A stretch of 64,000 nt of DNA from assembly GCF_009914755.1 (NCBI RefSeq), contig NC_060927.1; one strand, written 5' to 3'. Each line of letters opens with the position of its first letter. The stretch's first letter is position 1. Both the position numbers and the translations under genes were made by a program. Of the stretch, positions 23,521 to 46,100 are shown piece by piece. Under the pieces are notes generated by a model. That model saw only the letters and a program-made list of their open reading frames with translations. It searched no databases and had not been told where the DNA came from. Origin of the DNA: the human T2T-CHM13v2.0 reference genome, Homo sapiens.

Positions 23521-23853
23521 CAGGTGTGGTGGCACATGCCTGTAGTCCCAGCTATCTTGGGAGGCTGAGACAGGAGGATCACTTGAGGCTGTGGTGCACT
23601 ATGATCATGCCTGTGAATAGCCACTGCACCCCAGCCTGGGCAACAGAGTGAGACCTCATACCTTAAAAAAAAATTAAAAAACAAGCTCTCACCAGTCGAA
23701 GATGAGGCAACATAAGCAATAAGCACTAAAAAGAATAATGACTGCAAACCAAAATAAATAAGAAGATAAAAGTCCACAAGTTTATAAATAAAAGGTTTTA
23801 TTTAAAAGCCCACAAGTAAAAAAGAGGAGAGAAACGCTAACTCCTAACTCTGA

Positions 23854-24204
<351 letters not shown>

Positions 24205-25205
24205 TAGAGATGGGCTCTCGCCATGTTGCCCAAGCTGTTCTCCAACTCCTGAGCTCAGACAATCCTCCCGCCTCGGCCTCCCAGGTGTGAGCCACTATGC
24301 CTGGCCAAAAATTTTTTAATGAAGTCCCCCTGGGTCCAGGCACTGGTTTGGGCACTGAAGATTCAGCAGTAAAGTAAAATAAATTTCCTCATTGATCTTG
24401 TCAGTGACTCCTTTGCATGCTTGCTTCACACTATATTTCAAGGTAACCAAATAGTTGTAGTTAGAAAAAGTTCCATCTTACAGAAAACTTTCAGCTAATA
24501 AATGTAGAGGGAATGATAAAGTTAGAAAAATAACTATATTTTAAGTCCTAATGAAACAACAGACCCACACAACAATGACCAACGGATGAAAAATATCAGG
24601 TGAAACACTTATACGGAACCTGTCAGTGGCAAGATTGGGCTGTAACCACCTGAAACCACTGACCAATCTCGGCATTACTAAAACAGGGCTGACCAGATAG
24701 TCTGTGATTCTGATGTAAAGCAATAAGGAGTACATAGCACCACCTTTTCAGTAGCCAAAACAGTTAAACCTGAATCTAATCAAGACTTTAGAATTACCTT
24801 TACGATTGGATGAAATATGGAGAGCAGAAGAACAAATTCAACAGCACAAAAAGGAAGAAAACAGATAAATCTAGAGTGGGCCACGTTCTACAAAACTGAG
24901 CTGGTTTCTTGGTCAAGACAATAGCATGGAAAAAAATGGGAAGTAGGCAAAGAGACTCCTCTGGATTGAATGAAATTTAAGAGACACAATAGCCAAGTAT
25001 GATGTGTGGACCTTGTTTGGATCTAGATTTGAAGAAATCGATTGTAAAAAGTAATTTTTGAAAACAAATAGGGAAATCTGAATATGGGCTAGGCATTAGT
25101 TTTTACCAAAGAATTATTATTAGGTGTGATAATGGTACTGTAATTACGTAAGATTGTAATTATTTATATTGTTTTTAGAGATAAAAATAAGACCTTCAGT
25201 GCTGA

Positions 25206-26641
<1,436 letters not shown>

Positions 26642-26845
26642 GGCAATAAAAGGCATAATATAGGTTTTAGAAATTTATATTTATAATGGGTTTGATGTAC
26701 AATAAAGATACATTAGTTATTAAACAAGGTATAAAAATACTCAATTCAAGGATATGGAAAAATAATGAAAAAAATAAGAAAATAGGAAGAATTAATTTTA
26801 AAAAGCAGAAGTCAATGAAATAGAAAATAATAATACTGATATATA

Positions 26846-31515
<4,670 letters not shown>

Positions 31516-32762
31516 AGTTCCATTCTTTTCAGATAAATTTTTTCAAATCCTCTAGAAACAGGTAATATTTGTGCTTTTTAAACAGTTCAGAATACACACA
31601 AAATATAAAATGTTTCTAATATTTATTATATATCTAACATATTGATAATCTAATAGAATTCCAGATTCCTAAAGGATTTCTGTATAAGCACTGAGAGATA
31701 ACCTGTCTTAGCCATTGCTAGTCAGAACCAAAGAAAATACCATGAAGATTCTGAGGTCTTCCACCAAAAAAAGTTTCTTAAAAGAAATGGAGGCATGAAG
31801 GCAGTCAGGTAATGACAGCAATGACAGAATGAGAAAAGTACTGCAACAGTTCAAAAAACTGCTTTTTCTTCCTGGTTCTGCTACATAATTCAAGATAACT
31901 TTAACCACCTCTCTGGGGCCCAATTTCTTTACATTGCAAAGAAGTTATGGACCCTTTAATACTCAGTTCCACAAATTCTGACTCAGAGGGTTCAGTGAGA
32001 ACTCCAATAATTGGGAGGCAATAAACTCACTGGATAGCTTTGAGTAAGACGACTTTTGGTGTGCCTGTCAGTTCATATCCTCCTATAAAGTCTCTAACCT
32101 CAACCCATCCCAACCACAGGCCTGGGGGCCTGTAGCTATGTATTATGGATCCTTTTAGGAAAAAGTATCTTGCTAGTCACAACTATGTTCTCCCTTGAAG
32201 AAAAATGAGCAGGTGAAGCTGCTGTTCAGACAGAATGAAGCGGATGTGCAAAGGGACCACAGACAACCATCACGGTAGGAAATACCGCTTGCTTTACTGC
32301 TGAATCTCCAGTGCCTAGATCAGTGCCTGGCCCTAGCAGGTTTTCATCAAATAATTATTGAAGGACCACTGAATTTCATTCCCTCATGTGGTTTCCATGA
32401 GATACTTCTGTATTTCTCTAATCATTCAATTATTCCTCCCCCTTAAGCTAGCACAAGTTTCTTTCTTACAACCAGAAAGCCCTTCCAAATACATTATGAT
32501 ATTCTCCCCTTCATAGCCACCACTTACTTCACTACAGGTATATGTCAGACCTCAGGAAAGACACCACCGAAGACTGGATCACATGTCCCCACTCAGGAAT
32601 ACAGAATTGGCACATGAGATTAGGTCAGTTGGTCAGCAGCACTAAAGGTGGTGATAGACACCAATGCAGCGCATAAAGGCTGGCCGGCAGGCGAAGTGAT
32701 AAGAAAGCAGACACAAACAGGAAAGTAGACAATGGTGGTTCTGAGACATCCCTATATTTTCC

Positions 32763-32901
32763 TGCTATGGACTGAATGTTTGTGTCTCCCACACCCCCAT
32801 TCATATGTTGAAATGCTAACATCCAACAGTATTTCGAGGTGGGGCCTTTGAGAGGCAACTAGTTCATAAATGTGGAGCCCTCATGATGGGATTAGCGCTC
32901 T
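32763..32901 (+). mobile_element. MLT1A-like LTR 5' fragment
   Basis: TGCTATGGACTGAATGTTTGTGTC...GGAGCCCTCATGATGGGATTAG. Confidence 0.7.
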
Positions 32902-33158
32902 TGATTGTGATGGTTTCACACATTTATGTCAAAACCAATCAAATTTTCTACTTTAAATACGTGCAGTTTCTTGTACTTCAATTGTATATGAAAGTTGTAA
33001 AAAATGTGGAGAGTTCAGTTATTAACTGATTTCAGTTAGAACAACCAATAATGTACCAATAATGGTACAACATTTAAGGAGGTCCCTTATGACTGTGCTA
33101 TTTTGGACTTAATATCAGTACTTACTGATTTATTCCACTGCTTTCCCAACTCCCTTCA

Positions 33159-34280
<1,122 letters not shown>

Positions 34281-35104
34281 TAATTTATATTTTAAAATAA
34301 GGATCACTCTGAATGCTATGTAGAGAATAAACTATATGAGGAAAATATAGAAGCAGGGTACATACCAAAGAGTATGCCAAGAATGGGTGCACATGCTCAC
34401 TGAAAGACAGATGTGATCATTTTCATAGTAACTTTATTCATAATGACCACAAGCTGGAAACAACCTAAATTTCTATCAACGGTAGAATGGGTAAGTTGTG
34501 ATGTAGTCACACAATGGAATACTACACAGAAGTAAAACATGAACTGCTACTACATATAACATGGATTACTCTCACAGATACAATGTTGAACAAGACACGG
34601 AAGAGTGCATATAATTATTTCACTTACATAAAGTTTTAAAACAGGCAAAACTAATCCGTGGTGATAAAAGGGGTTGGTGGGGGCCTGGGGAACATAAGGA
34701 CACCTACTGAAGTGCTAGAAATATTCTATATTTTGACCTGGGTGGTGCATTCAAGGGCATATATAAAAACCCACTGAGGTGTACACTTAATATCGGTACA
34801 CTTTTAAATTTTACCTCAGTAACAAGTTGAAAATATATTGGAAGAAAGCATATAAATGAAGATGTTAATCAGTGGTGTTGTCTTCCAAATATTTCTGGTT
34901 TTTCTCCCAGGTATATGCAAGGATCACACTCCTCCTAGAACTTTAATGTGGCTATGTGATTTGCTTTGGCCAATGAAAGTCCTTTAAGAGTCCTTAAGTG
35001 ATTTGCCATACTCTTTTTTCATTTCCCAAAGTTAGCACCCACACTCCTGATGGTATCTGCTTTGTCAGCCTGAGACCCAGAATGAAGGCAACTTAGAGCA
35101 CAAA

Positions 35105-35315
35105 TTGGTGAACTTTCTCTGTAAAGGGCCACAGAATAAGTATTTTAGGTTTTGTGAGATGTACACACTCTGTAGCAACTACTCAGCTGTGCCATTGTAG
35201 AACCAAAGTAGCCACAGATAATAAATAAATGGACAAGGCTATATTCCAGTAAAACTTTATTTAGATAAATAAGGAGCTAGACAGATTTTGCCCATGGACC
35301 ATAGTTTGATCATGG
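35105..35315 (+). mobile_element. MER58A-like hAT-Charlie MITE
   Basis: AACTTTCTCTGTAAAGGGCCA...GCAACTACTCAGCTGTGCCATTGTAG...CCAGTAAAACTTTATTTA. Confidence 0.7.
35256..35261 (-). terminator. Candidate distal EPM2AIP1 poly(A) signal (AATAAA); further candidates at 34433-34438, 38483-38488, 38882-38887
   Basis: TTTATT on + strand; fits the recalled multi-kb 3' UTR; usage cannot be shown from sequence. Confidence 0.45.
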
Positions 35316-35872
35316 CCAACCTATGATCTAAACCAAAGTCCCTAGGCAAGTTGCAATAGAAAAGTTGTGTGAGACAGTGAGATTTTGCCTTTGTTATTCA
35401 ATGGCAAGCTAGCCCATGCTGACACAGAAATTGGTCCCTTGTTTTTTAAAATGCTAAAATACTGAACACTGGCTTAATGGTTAGCTGGCAGGCATTCAGG
35501 AAATTGCTATCAGAAGATGGAAGAAATAACTTACACAAGGGTAATTTATATTATGGAAAGGTGAAACTGCCCCTTGAGATAACCTGAAAGGCAGATCATC
35601 TACCCTTTACTAAAGAAAAAGACAGAAAAACAAAATATTTTGTAGTTGCTGTTCACTGCACTTGACAAAACGTACAGAAGAGATGAACTCAGAAAAGACT
35701 GGTCAGTTTGCAGGCAAAAATGAAAAGGAAGAGAATTCAAATTCAAGTACTTACTGGGTAGGATGAGGCAACATTTTAATATCAAAAAGAAAGATAAAAA
35801 TGGGAAATCCTTTTAAAAATAAATAAAAAGAGAAATCCTTTAGCCAAAAGGTTGATTAAAAGCCAGTTTTGC

Positions 35873-36177
35873 CGCCGGGTGCAGAGGCTCACACGTATAA
35901 CACCAACATTTTGGGAGCCCGAGGCGGGCGGACTGCTTGAGTCCAGGAGTTCGAGACTAGCCTGGGGAATACAGCAAGACCCTGTCTCCACATAAAAATA
36001 CAAAAATTAGCTGGGTGTACTCGTGTATACCTGTATTCCCAGCTACTTAGGAGGCTGCAGTGGGAGAATTGCTTGAGCCAGGAAGGCAGAGATTGCATTG
36101 AGCTGAGATTGTACCTCTGCACTCCAGCCTGGGTGACAAAGTGAGACCCCGCCTCAAAAAAAAAAAAAAAAAAAAAA
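35873..36177 (+). mobile_element. AluJ-like (antisense within the putative EPM2AIP1 3' UTR)
   Basis: Alu consensus; TSD AAAAGCCAGTTTTGC. Confidence 0.88.
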
Positions 36178-37244
36178 GCCAGTTTTGCAGCAAGCACCAA
36201 ATCACTGGATGACTATGACACCTACTGTTAAGATCTCTGAATGACTTAATATGCCTCAGACTAAAACTCCAACTAAGATTATACTAGTTAATCCCATAAA
36301 TTGGTCAAAATGGCTTAAGGAAACAGACTAAGGGTGTGGCTTTCCCACCTAAGCCTGAAAAGCCTCAGTTACCCAGAAATTAAGTTCAGAGAGGCATGGG
36401 AACAAGAAGGCAAAGGAATACAGCAAACTTTAGAAGTATACATTAACTAGATGTCACTTTTGGGTCATCTCCCTTTGGGTGATAAGGACATTCTGCAGGT
36501 GTAAAAACAAGTGAACTGAATATATAGTGACCAGAAGGGCTGAGTCAGTCTTCTACTTTGTTAAATTTACTTACTTTTAAATCCCAGAAGAGCCAAAAAT
36601 CATCTGTAAAGGAAAGTAGCAAGTAAATAGCATGCCATTTTCTCCTAGTGTTGATGCCTACAAAAGGAAAAATGATTATTAACTCTTAGGCGGCATTATC
36701 TTTTTCCAATACTAAATGTAACATTTAGTAAAAACATATTGTTTTAGTTCACTAAGTAGTTGTCTAATCTTTTCCCTCTATATGTAGGTTCCTTTGGAAA
36801 TTTAAAAAAAATATATATATATATATATATATGACACTGTTTACAAAGGGTAAAAAAAAATAAGATTCTATACATGGATATGCAAACTTAATATTACATA
36901 GTGGATTTGGTGTGTATATTTGGTTTTGAATCCTGAGTTTACTACTTACTGTGTTTACCAGGGAAAACCGCAATTTGTTATCCTTCTCTCCTTTCATACA
37001 ACAGAGAAAACCACAATTTGTTTAACAGTCACATAATACATATTTAAGTCACATGCTAAGCACTACACTAAATTCTGAGAATACAACGAGGTCCCTAGTT
37101 ACAAAGAACTTGTCTTCATTTTTCAATTAGTAATATGTGGATAAAAGTTACCCAATGGACAGTCTAAGGCAGAATGACTGTGAAGGTCAAATAAGACTGT
37201 GAAAGAGCTTCAAAAATTGTAAAACACTACACAAATATTCGTTT

Positions 37245-38150
37245 GTCCAAACATTTATTGAAATGCCAGGCATTGTGCTAAGCACTAGAGATATAACAGT
37301 GAACAAGGCTTATATGGTCCCTGCCCTTACAAAGCTTACAGTCTAGCAGTGATCAATAAGCAGTAACAATAAAGTGTGCCAAGTGTATGTCTGGGAAAGA
37401 ACAGGGTGTATAGGGAATGGATAGTAAGGGCACCTAATCTAGAGGGCATCAATGAAGGTTTCCTAGATGAAGTGGCATACTGAGACCTTAAAGATGAAGA
37501 TAAATTTGTATTGTACCCTAAGAGCAATGGTGAAAGCAATGCAGTGACATGATCAGTAAGTCTTTTGGAGCAATTTGGTTGTAGTGTAGAAAGGAATAAA
37601 AATAAAAAACAGGGAGACTAATAAGGAGGCTGTTGCTATAATTTAGGTAGGTTGATGGCCTGAATTAAAATGGCAGCATTGGAGAATTGGTAAAAAGGAC
37701 AAATGAATGGTTGGTAGTGGTAATGCCATTTAGTCAAAGAGGAAACATGAGAGGAGGAGCAGGATTGGGGGCAAGATCAATGACATGTAGTGCCTGAGAC
37801 AGCAAAGAGCATTTGTTAGCAATTAGATACATCAATTAGGGAAGATCTAGAAAGGAGATATGAATCTGACAGTCATTTGCATATAAATGGTAAGGAAACC
37901 ATGGAAGGAAATGAGATCAGCTAGCGAGCTGACACAGAACAAGGCAGTCTAAAACAAATTTTTTTAAAAATACGAAGAACAGATATTGAAGGGAAGAGGT
38001 GCCTGCAAAGACTAAGAAAGCACACCTGGAGATGGTATCTCCTCAAAGCTAAAGTAATCAAGTGTTCAAGTGTTTCAAGGAGGGTAAGACTATTAACAAG
38101 GACTTAGCATAGTAGAGCAATTTGAGTGGCAATACGGGACACTGGGAATA
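37245..38150 (-). mobile_element. L2 LINE remnant
   Basis: AAACATTTATTGAAATGCCAGGCATTGTGCTAAGCACTAGAGAT...CCCTGCCCTT 3'-end motif. Confidence 0.65.
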
Positions 38151-39016
38151 CAAATCTGTCAAGAAAACTAGTAGGAATGAGCTACAGGACAGTAACTGGT
38201 AAGGACCTAATAATTTTTTTTTTAATGTACGTATTTTAACTATATTCACTGCTACAACAGGACCAGTAACAACTATATTTATTTAAAAAAAAAAAGACTG
38301 CCATGCAGTTACAGAATTACTTAATACAGAAAACAGTAAAATACACTTTTTTCTTTTTCTTTTTTTTTTTTTTTTTTTTACAAACAAGACTAGCTTATAG
38401 CAAATTCTCTATAGCTAAGGGTCAATTTAAAATCCTTGGCTTATATCTCCCCCTCACTCAATGACTACATGATGCAAACTAATTTTATTAACACCTTAAG
38501 CAAAACATACTGGAATTTCACAAAATGTACAAGATTTCAATATTTAAGGAACTGGGGTTAGAAAGCAGAAGTGGCTTTCAGGTCTTCCAGTCTTTCTCTC
38601 AAGTAATAAAGCTCTGCTGTGAATATTCAAAGCTATTGGGAAATTACCGGTAGATTTTTCTGTTTTTTTTTTTCGGTTTTCCACTATGTTGTTTCTCTAG
38701 ATATGTAAGCTTACTCTATTAACCAAAATCTCAGCTTGACCATTCTTGATAAGTACCTAATCGACATGTAACTTTTTTTCTGCCTTAAATATGTATAACA
38801 GGACAGAGCCCTTAAATCTGATTCAATTATTAATTCCTGATTTACAAGTGCTATGGTGAGCTAACAGAACTTATCAATGCCTTTATTGCACTTTACTAGC
38901 CAAATTTAGAAGGTTGGAATTAGTCTCTCCTATCTAGTATTCTGTCAGTTTGCCCAGCTTGTACTTTTAATTTTGCTTCTAATGGTAATCTGCCCTATCC
39001 CTTGAAATAAAATAAT

Positions 39017-39199
39017 CTACATTTTGGGAGGGCTAATTCTTCATTGTGCCAGGCTGTCCCATGCACTGCAGGGGTGAGTGTCTTTAGGCTTAAATGCCAA
39101 CAGAAGCCCCTAGTAAATATGACAACCAAAAAAGTGCCCCTACACATTTCTCAGCATCCTCTGGAATGACAGGTTACTGCCTCTAGTTGAAAGCCACTG
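39017..39199 (-). mobile_element. MER20 remnant downstream of the EPM2AIP1 stop
   Basis: TAATTCTTCATTGTG..GGCTGTCC, TGACAACCAAAAA, GTTGAAAGCCACTG terminus. Confidence 0.65.
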
Positions 39200-40626
39200 G
39201 CACAACTTTGGTTTTTAAGCTCTTATGCCATTTATTTTAATTGCCCAGACATCAATTCCACCTAAATTCTTAGTCATAGCCTGGTTCCTTGAATTTGCTG
39301 GATTAGTAACCACAGATTAAGGTGTTTCAATAGTTAAGACAGGACTTTGGAACAAGAGTTTTTAAATTGTATAATACTTGAGAGGATCTATGAATATAAA
39401 TTGGGTCCTGTTTATAATTAGTTTTACATAATGAACTTTAAGATTGCCTTTTCATGGTGAACAGAAGTTTGGAAATTACTGTTTTGGCACAAAGCAGATT
39501 ATCTTAGTAGAAATACAGAATTACTGCAATCTGTGAATAAGACTGCTTTTAAATATTTCTACTTGTGTGCTATCTTACATATAGAATGTGTACGACAGTT
39601 CCAAATTTTAGAATAAATCCATTTCTAGCATCTAACAAAATCTGATACTGTATCATTTTAAAACAAAGTGTTTACTTTAGGCAGGATTTTTTAAAATAAA
39701 GCAGCAATACCCACGCAGATAAGACAAAAAAGCTAAAATATCTCACACCTCCTAATCCTGGAGTGCAATCTTTTTTCCTCATCGTTTTTGATAGGGCCAA
39801 ACTTGTGTCTACAGTAAAAAAAAAAAAAAAAAGAATTACTAACTGGCAACCATTAAGATTCTATACTTACCATAGTCCTTTAATAGGCAAGCTGATAAAA
39901 TAGCCCCCAGTTATTAAAAAAAAAATCCAAGGAAAACCCCCAATAATTAGTCTTATCTCCAAATTGCATGAAGTCTCCTATATCTGAAACTTAAAAATGA
40001 TTCTAATGACTTCCTCTATCAGTAATGTGTTATCACTGAGGTGGGTGATGGGGAGGGAAGAGGGAAGAAATCTGTCAGTATTACCTTCGAACTCAGAAAT
40101 GTTTAAAAAAAAGTCTCAAACATTTTGATGGTTAGACAAAACACCTCCACTGTTATGTATGGGCTTCCTTTTTGGAAACTTATGAACTTGCTATGTGAGC
40201 TTCTGCAAATTGGTTCAAAAGCACATTTAAGGAGTTGATAATTTAAGACTATATGAATCAGAATTTTAACACTCCATTAAAATAAGAGCTGAAATTTTTG
40301 GCATTTATCTTCAGAACACCTAAAAAACAGACTGCAAATTCAACTCACATTAATACTAAATCTCTTTAAAATTAACTATATCATAAAAGACAATGACTTT
40401 GTCACTAAACTAAGTTTTAAAAAAGGTGGCATTCTCATGTTTCAGTCCCATGCTGCCATTTGAGATGAAAAAAAAGGCAACTGTCAGAATTTTAATTGTG
40501 ATCAGTTTGGACGGCTGGTACTTGGTACTTTCTCACAATCCAAATTAGTAAACTTGAAAACTCAAACCAATTTTTGCTTTTAGAATTAAATTCTTGTTGA
40601 GTTTTTCAATCTTGTACTACAAAGCC

Positions 40627-42450
40627 TTATGGATTAGATTCATTTCTTTCTCTCACAAGGTCATCCCAACCGGGCTCCATTTCAGTTGTGGCAACCCGAA
40701 ACAGGGCTTGGAGATGCTCATCTGTTAATGGCTGACTCAAAGTGTGTTGGTTTCGAGTCAAATATGAAAAAGCCTTTTCACAGATTTGGTTACTATCAAA
40801 CAAGGATGCCACCTTACAGGCAACCCCTTTGATAATTGGGTAGGATTCAGCAGACAATCCAGCATAAAACTGCCCCAAGTCTTTGATTCTGTATTCATTC
40901 CAAAGATTAGTGTTTGCCTGAAGTTTTGTTAGCTCCACCCTCACTGAAATAGGTGCATATTCAGGTTTAAAGTTAAATGGATTTGAAAAAAGTTCTAAGT
41001 CCTTTTTAATGAACCTGAGGTCCTTAAAATGTCTCTCAAATTCTTTTTGGAGACGACAGATCACCATTTGATACCTATCAGGATCAAATATTTTTTCATC
41101 TTCCTTATTTTGCTGTTTTAGCTCATCAACAACTTCTCTGAGGGCAGGAAAGTCTGTTAGATTTTTTTCCTCAATATGTCTTTGAAATAAATTCAGCTTA
41201 ACTTCGAAAGTACAAATATGGTCAAAGGCAGCAGCAGCAAAGACTTTACTAACTCGTAATTCTTCACTGAGTTCTCGAAGGTGTTCCATAATGTCCACCA
41301 AGAAGCCAAAGTCACAAAGCCATTGTTTGTCTGAGAAGTGGACTGTTGTTGCCCCTACTGAAACCAAGAACGCTTCCATTTCTTTTCTTAGAGAGAATAT
41401 TAGTTTTAAAGTTTTCCCTCTCCTAAGCCAATTGTTCAGACATCGTCCATTAACCCTTTCACCATGCTCTGATTCAGATTCCGTTAGTAAAGTCTGAAAT
41501 TCAGGTCGCCTAACGCCTCTGGTCTTAATCAAAACTATCCATTCGGATATGGTATTTATGATCTGATTAACATCTACATCATAGGAGCTCAACAGTTCCA
41601 AGTGAAGAAATCCTGAATAATGAATGACATTCCAACAGTTGGGGCTTACGGCCTTTTCTCTCATGTATGAGACGAGTCCTGAGTTCTCACCAATCATCCT
41701 CAAAGTATGGGTCGTGGTCAGTCCAACCATTCTCTGCAAGCTAAGCCCTGCTGTCTGCAGGGACTCTAGGATTGCCGACATGAGCGCACCAACACTGAAA
41801 TGATGAGTCAGGTTGATTATGGTCAGAAGATCTTCTTGCACCTCCAACTCAGGGCCTACACCGCGGATAAAGACCAGGAGGTAGTTCTCATAGGCCACAA
41901 AAGCCTGGTCGTCCAAGGCAAGAGAATAGGCTTTAAAGTCCCTGGCTCGGTTAAAAAGCTGGTTGCGTAGATTCCTGTCAATGCTCAGGATCCTCTGCCT
42001 TGTGATATCTGGAGATAAGTCAACGCCTTGCAGGACGCTTACATGCTCGGGCAGTACCTCTCTCAGCAACACCTCCATGCACTGGTATACAAAGTCCCCC
42101 TCACCCCAGCCGCGACCCTTCAAGGCCAAGAGGCGGCAGAGCCCGAGGCCTGCACGAGCAGCTCTCTCTTCAGGAGTGAAGGAGGCCACGGGCAAGTCGC
42201 CCTGACGCAGACGCTCCACCAGGGCCGCGCGCTCGCCGTCCGCCACATACCGCTCGTAGTATTCGTGCTCAGCCTCGTAGTGGCGCCTGACGTCGCGTTC
42301 GCGGGTAGCTACGATGAGGCGGCGACAGACCAGGCACAGGGCCCCATCGCCCTCCGGAGGCTCCACCACCAAATAACGCTGGGTCCACTCGGGCCGGAAA
42401 ACTAGAGCCTCGTCGACTTCCATCTTGCTTCTTTTGGGCGTCATCCACAT
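40627..42450 (-). CDS. EPM2AIP1: EPM2A (laforin)-interacting protein 1, 607 aa, intronless, hAT-transposase derived
   Basis: Single uninterrupted ORF from ATG 42450 ([22 protein letters not shown]) to TAA; head-to-head with MLH1; CxxC..H..H finger, SLALDD and CEKAFS motifs. Confidence 0.97.
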
Positions 42451-43064
<614 letters not shown>

Positions 43065-43128
43065 TAAGGGCTACGACTTAACGGGCCGCGTCACTCAATG
43101 GCGCGGACACGCCTCTTTGCCCGGGCAG

Positions 43129-43149
43129 AGGCATGTACAGCGCATGCCC
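43129..43149 (+). promoter_or_regulatory. p53 response element in MLH1 intron 1
   Basis: AGGCATGTAC-A-GCGCATGCCC: two RRRCWWGYYY half-sites, one mismatch each, 1-bp spacer; matches the recalled MLH1 intronic p53 site. Confidence 0.7.
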
Positions 43150-44179
43150 ACAACGGCGGAGGCCGCCGGGTTCCCTGACGTGCCAGTCAGGCCTTCTCCT
43201 TTTCCGCAGACCGTGTGTTTCTTTACCGCTCTCCCCCGAGACCTTTTAAGGGTTGTTTGGAGTGTAAGTGGAGGAATATACGTAGTGTTGTCTTAATGGT
43301 ACCGTTAACTAAGTAAGGAAGCCACTTAATTTAAAATTATGTATGCAGAACATGCGAAGTTAAAAGATGTATAAAAGCTTAAGATGGGGAGAAAAACCTT
43401 TTTTCAGAGGGTACTGTGTTACTGTTTTCTTGCTTTTCATTCATTCCAGAAATCATCTGTTCACATCCAAAGGCACAATTCATTTTGAGTTTCTTTCAAA
43501 ACAAATCGTTTGTAGTTTTAGGACAGGCTGATGCACTTTGGGCTTGACTTCTGATTACCCTATTGTTAAATTAGTGACCCCTCTTAGTGTTTTCCTGTCC
43601 TTTATTTCGGAGGACGCACTTCGAAGATACCAGATTTTATGGGTCATCCTTGGATTTTGAAGCTTATAACTGTGACAAAAAATGTGAAGGGAAGAGATTT
43701 GAAACATGTGGAAGGAAAAGTGAGTGCAGACTATAAACTTCCAAAAAGACAAGCCCAAAATACACCTAAACGTTATGTCAGATTATTTTGTTAAAATCAG
43801 TTGTTAGTGACGTCCGTACGTTAATAGAAAAAAGAATGCTTCAGTTTGGAGTGGTAGGTTTCTAGAGGGATTTATTGTGAAAGTATAAACTATTCAGGGC
43901 AATGGGACTGAGAGAACAGTGGGTAGAAAGGACCACTGAAGGAAAGGAAGAGAATTGGAAGGTAGATGAAAGAAGGAGCAAGAACCTGGGGATGTTTTTT
44001 CCTTTTCACTTGTAATAGTAGTAACAGAAGCAATGGCAGACTGGCTTTTGTTTCTACTGTGTTAGAATGAATTGACAGGACAACTGGGCCTATTATTGTA
44101 CTGTGCCAGAATACTGTAAAACAAAACTAAACATACTAGCTTGGTGGCTTGTAATTAATTACTTAAGTGGAGATTTTTA

Positions 44180-45514
<1,335 letters not shown>

Positions 45515-45983
45515 TAAAGATTTATTAACTTTCTGCATTACTTTTTTTTTTCCCCTCCATCGTAAATATAAAAGGGAATAGTAGAGAAAATCATTCAGAA
45601 TTTTATTTTTTAGTGACATTATTTAGTGACATTTTATTAGAGTCACTTAGGAACCTGAGGCTGAATAAAGTTCAGGTAAAAGTAAAATTAGTTGAGAAGA
45701 GACATCTGCCAAAAGAAATCTATTTTTAACTTCACTTGCTGTCTTTCCTAGAGGAACAGAAATAGTGCTGAATGTCCTATTAGAAATGATGGTTGCTCTG
45801 CCCGTCTCTTCCCTCTCTCTCACACAATATGTAAACTCATACAGTGTATGAGCCTGTAAGACAAAGGAAAAACACGTTAATGAGGCACTATTGTTTGTAT
45901 TTGGAGTTTGTTATCATTGCTTGGCTCATATTAAAATATGTACATTAGAGTAGTTGCAGACTGATAAATTATTTTCTGTTTGA

Positions 45984-46100
<117 letters not shown>

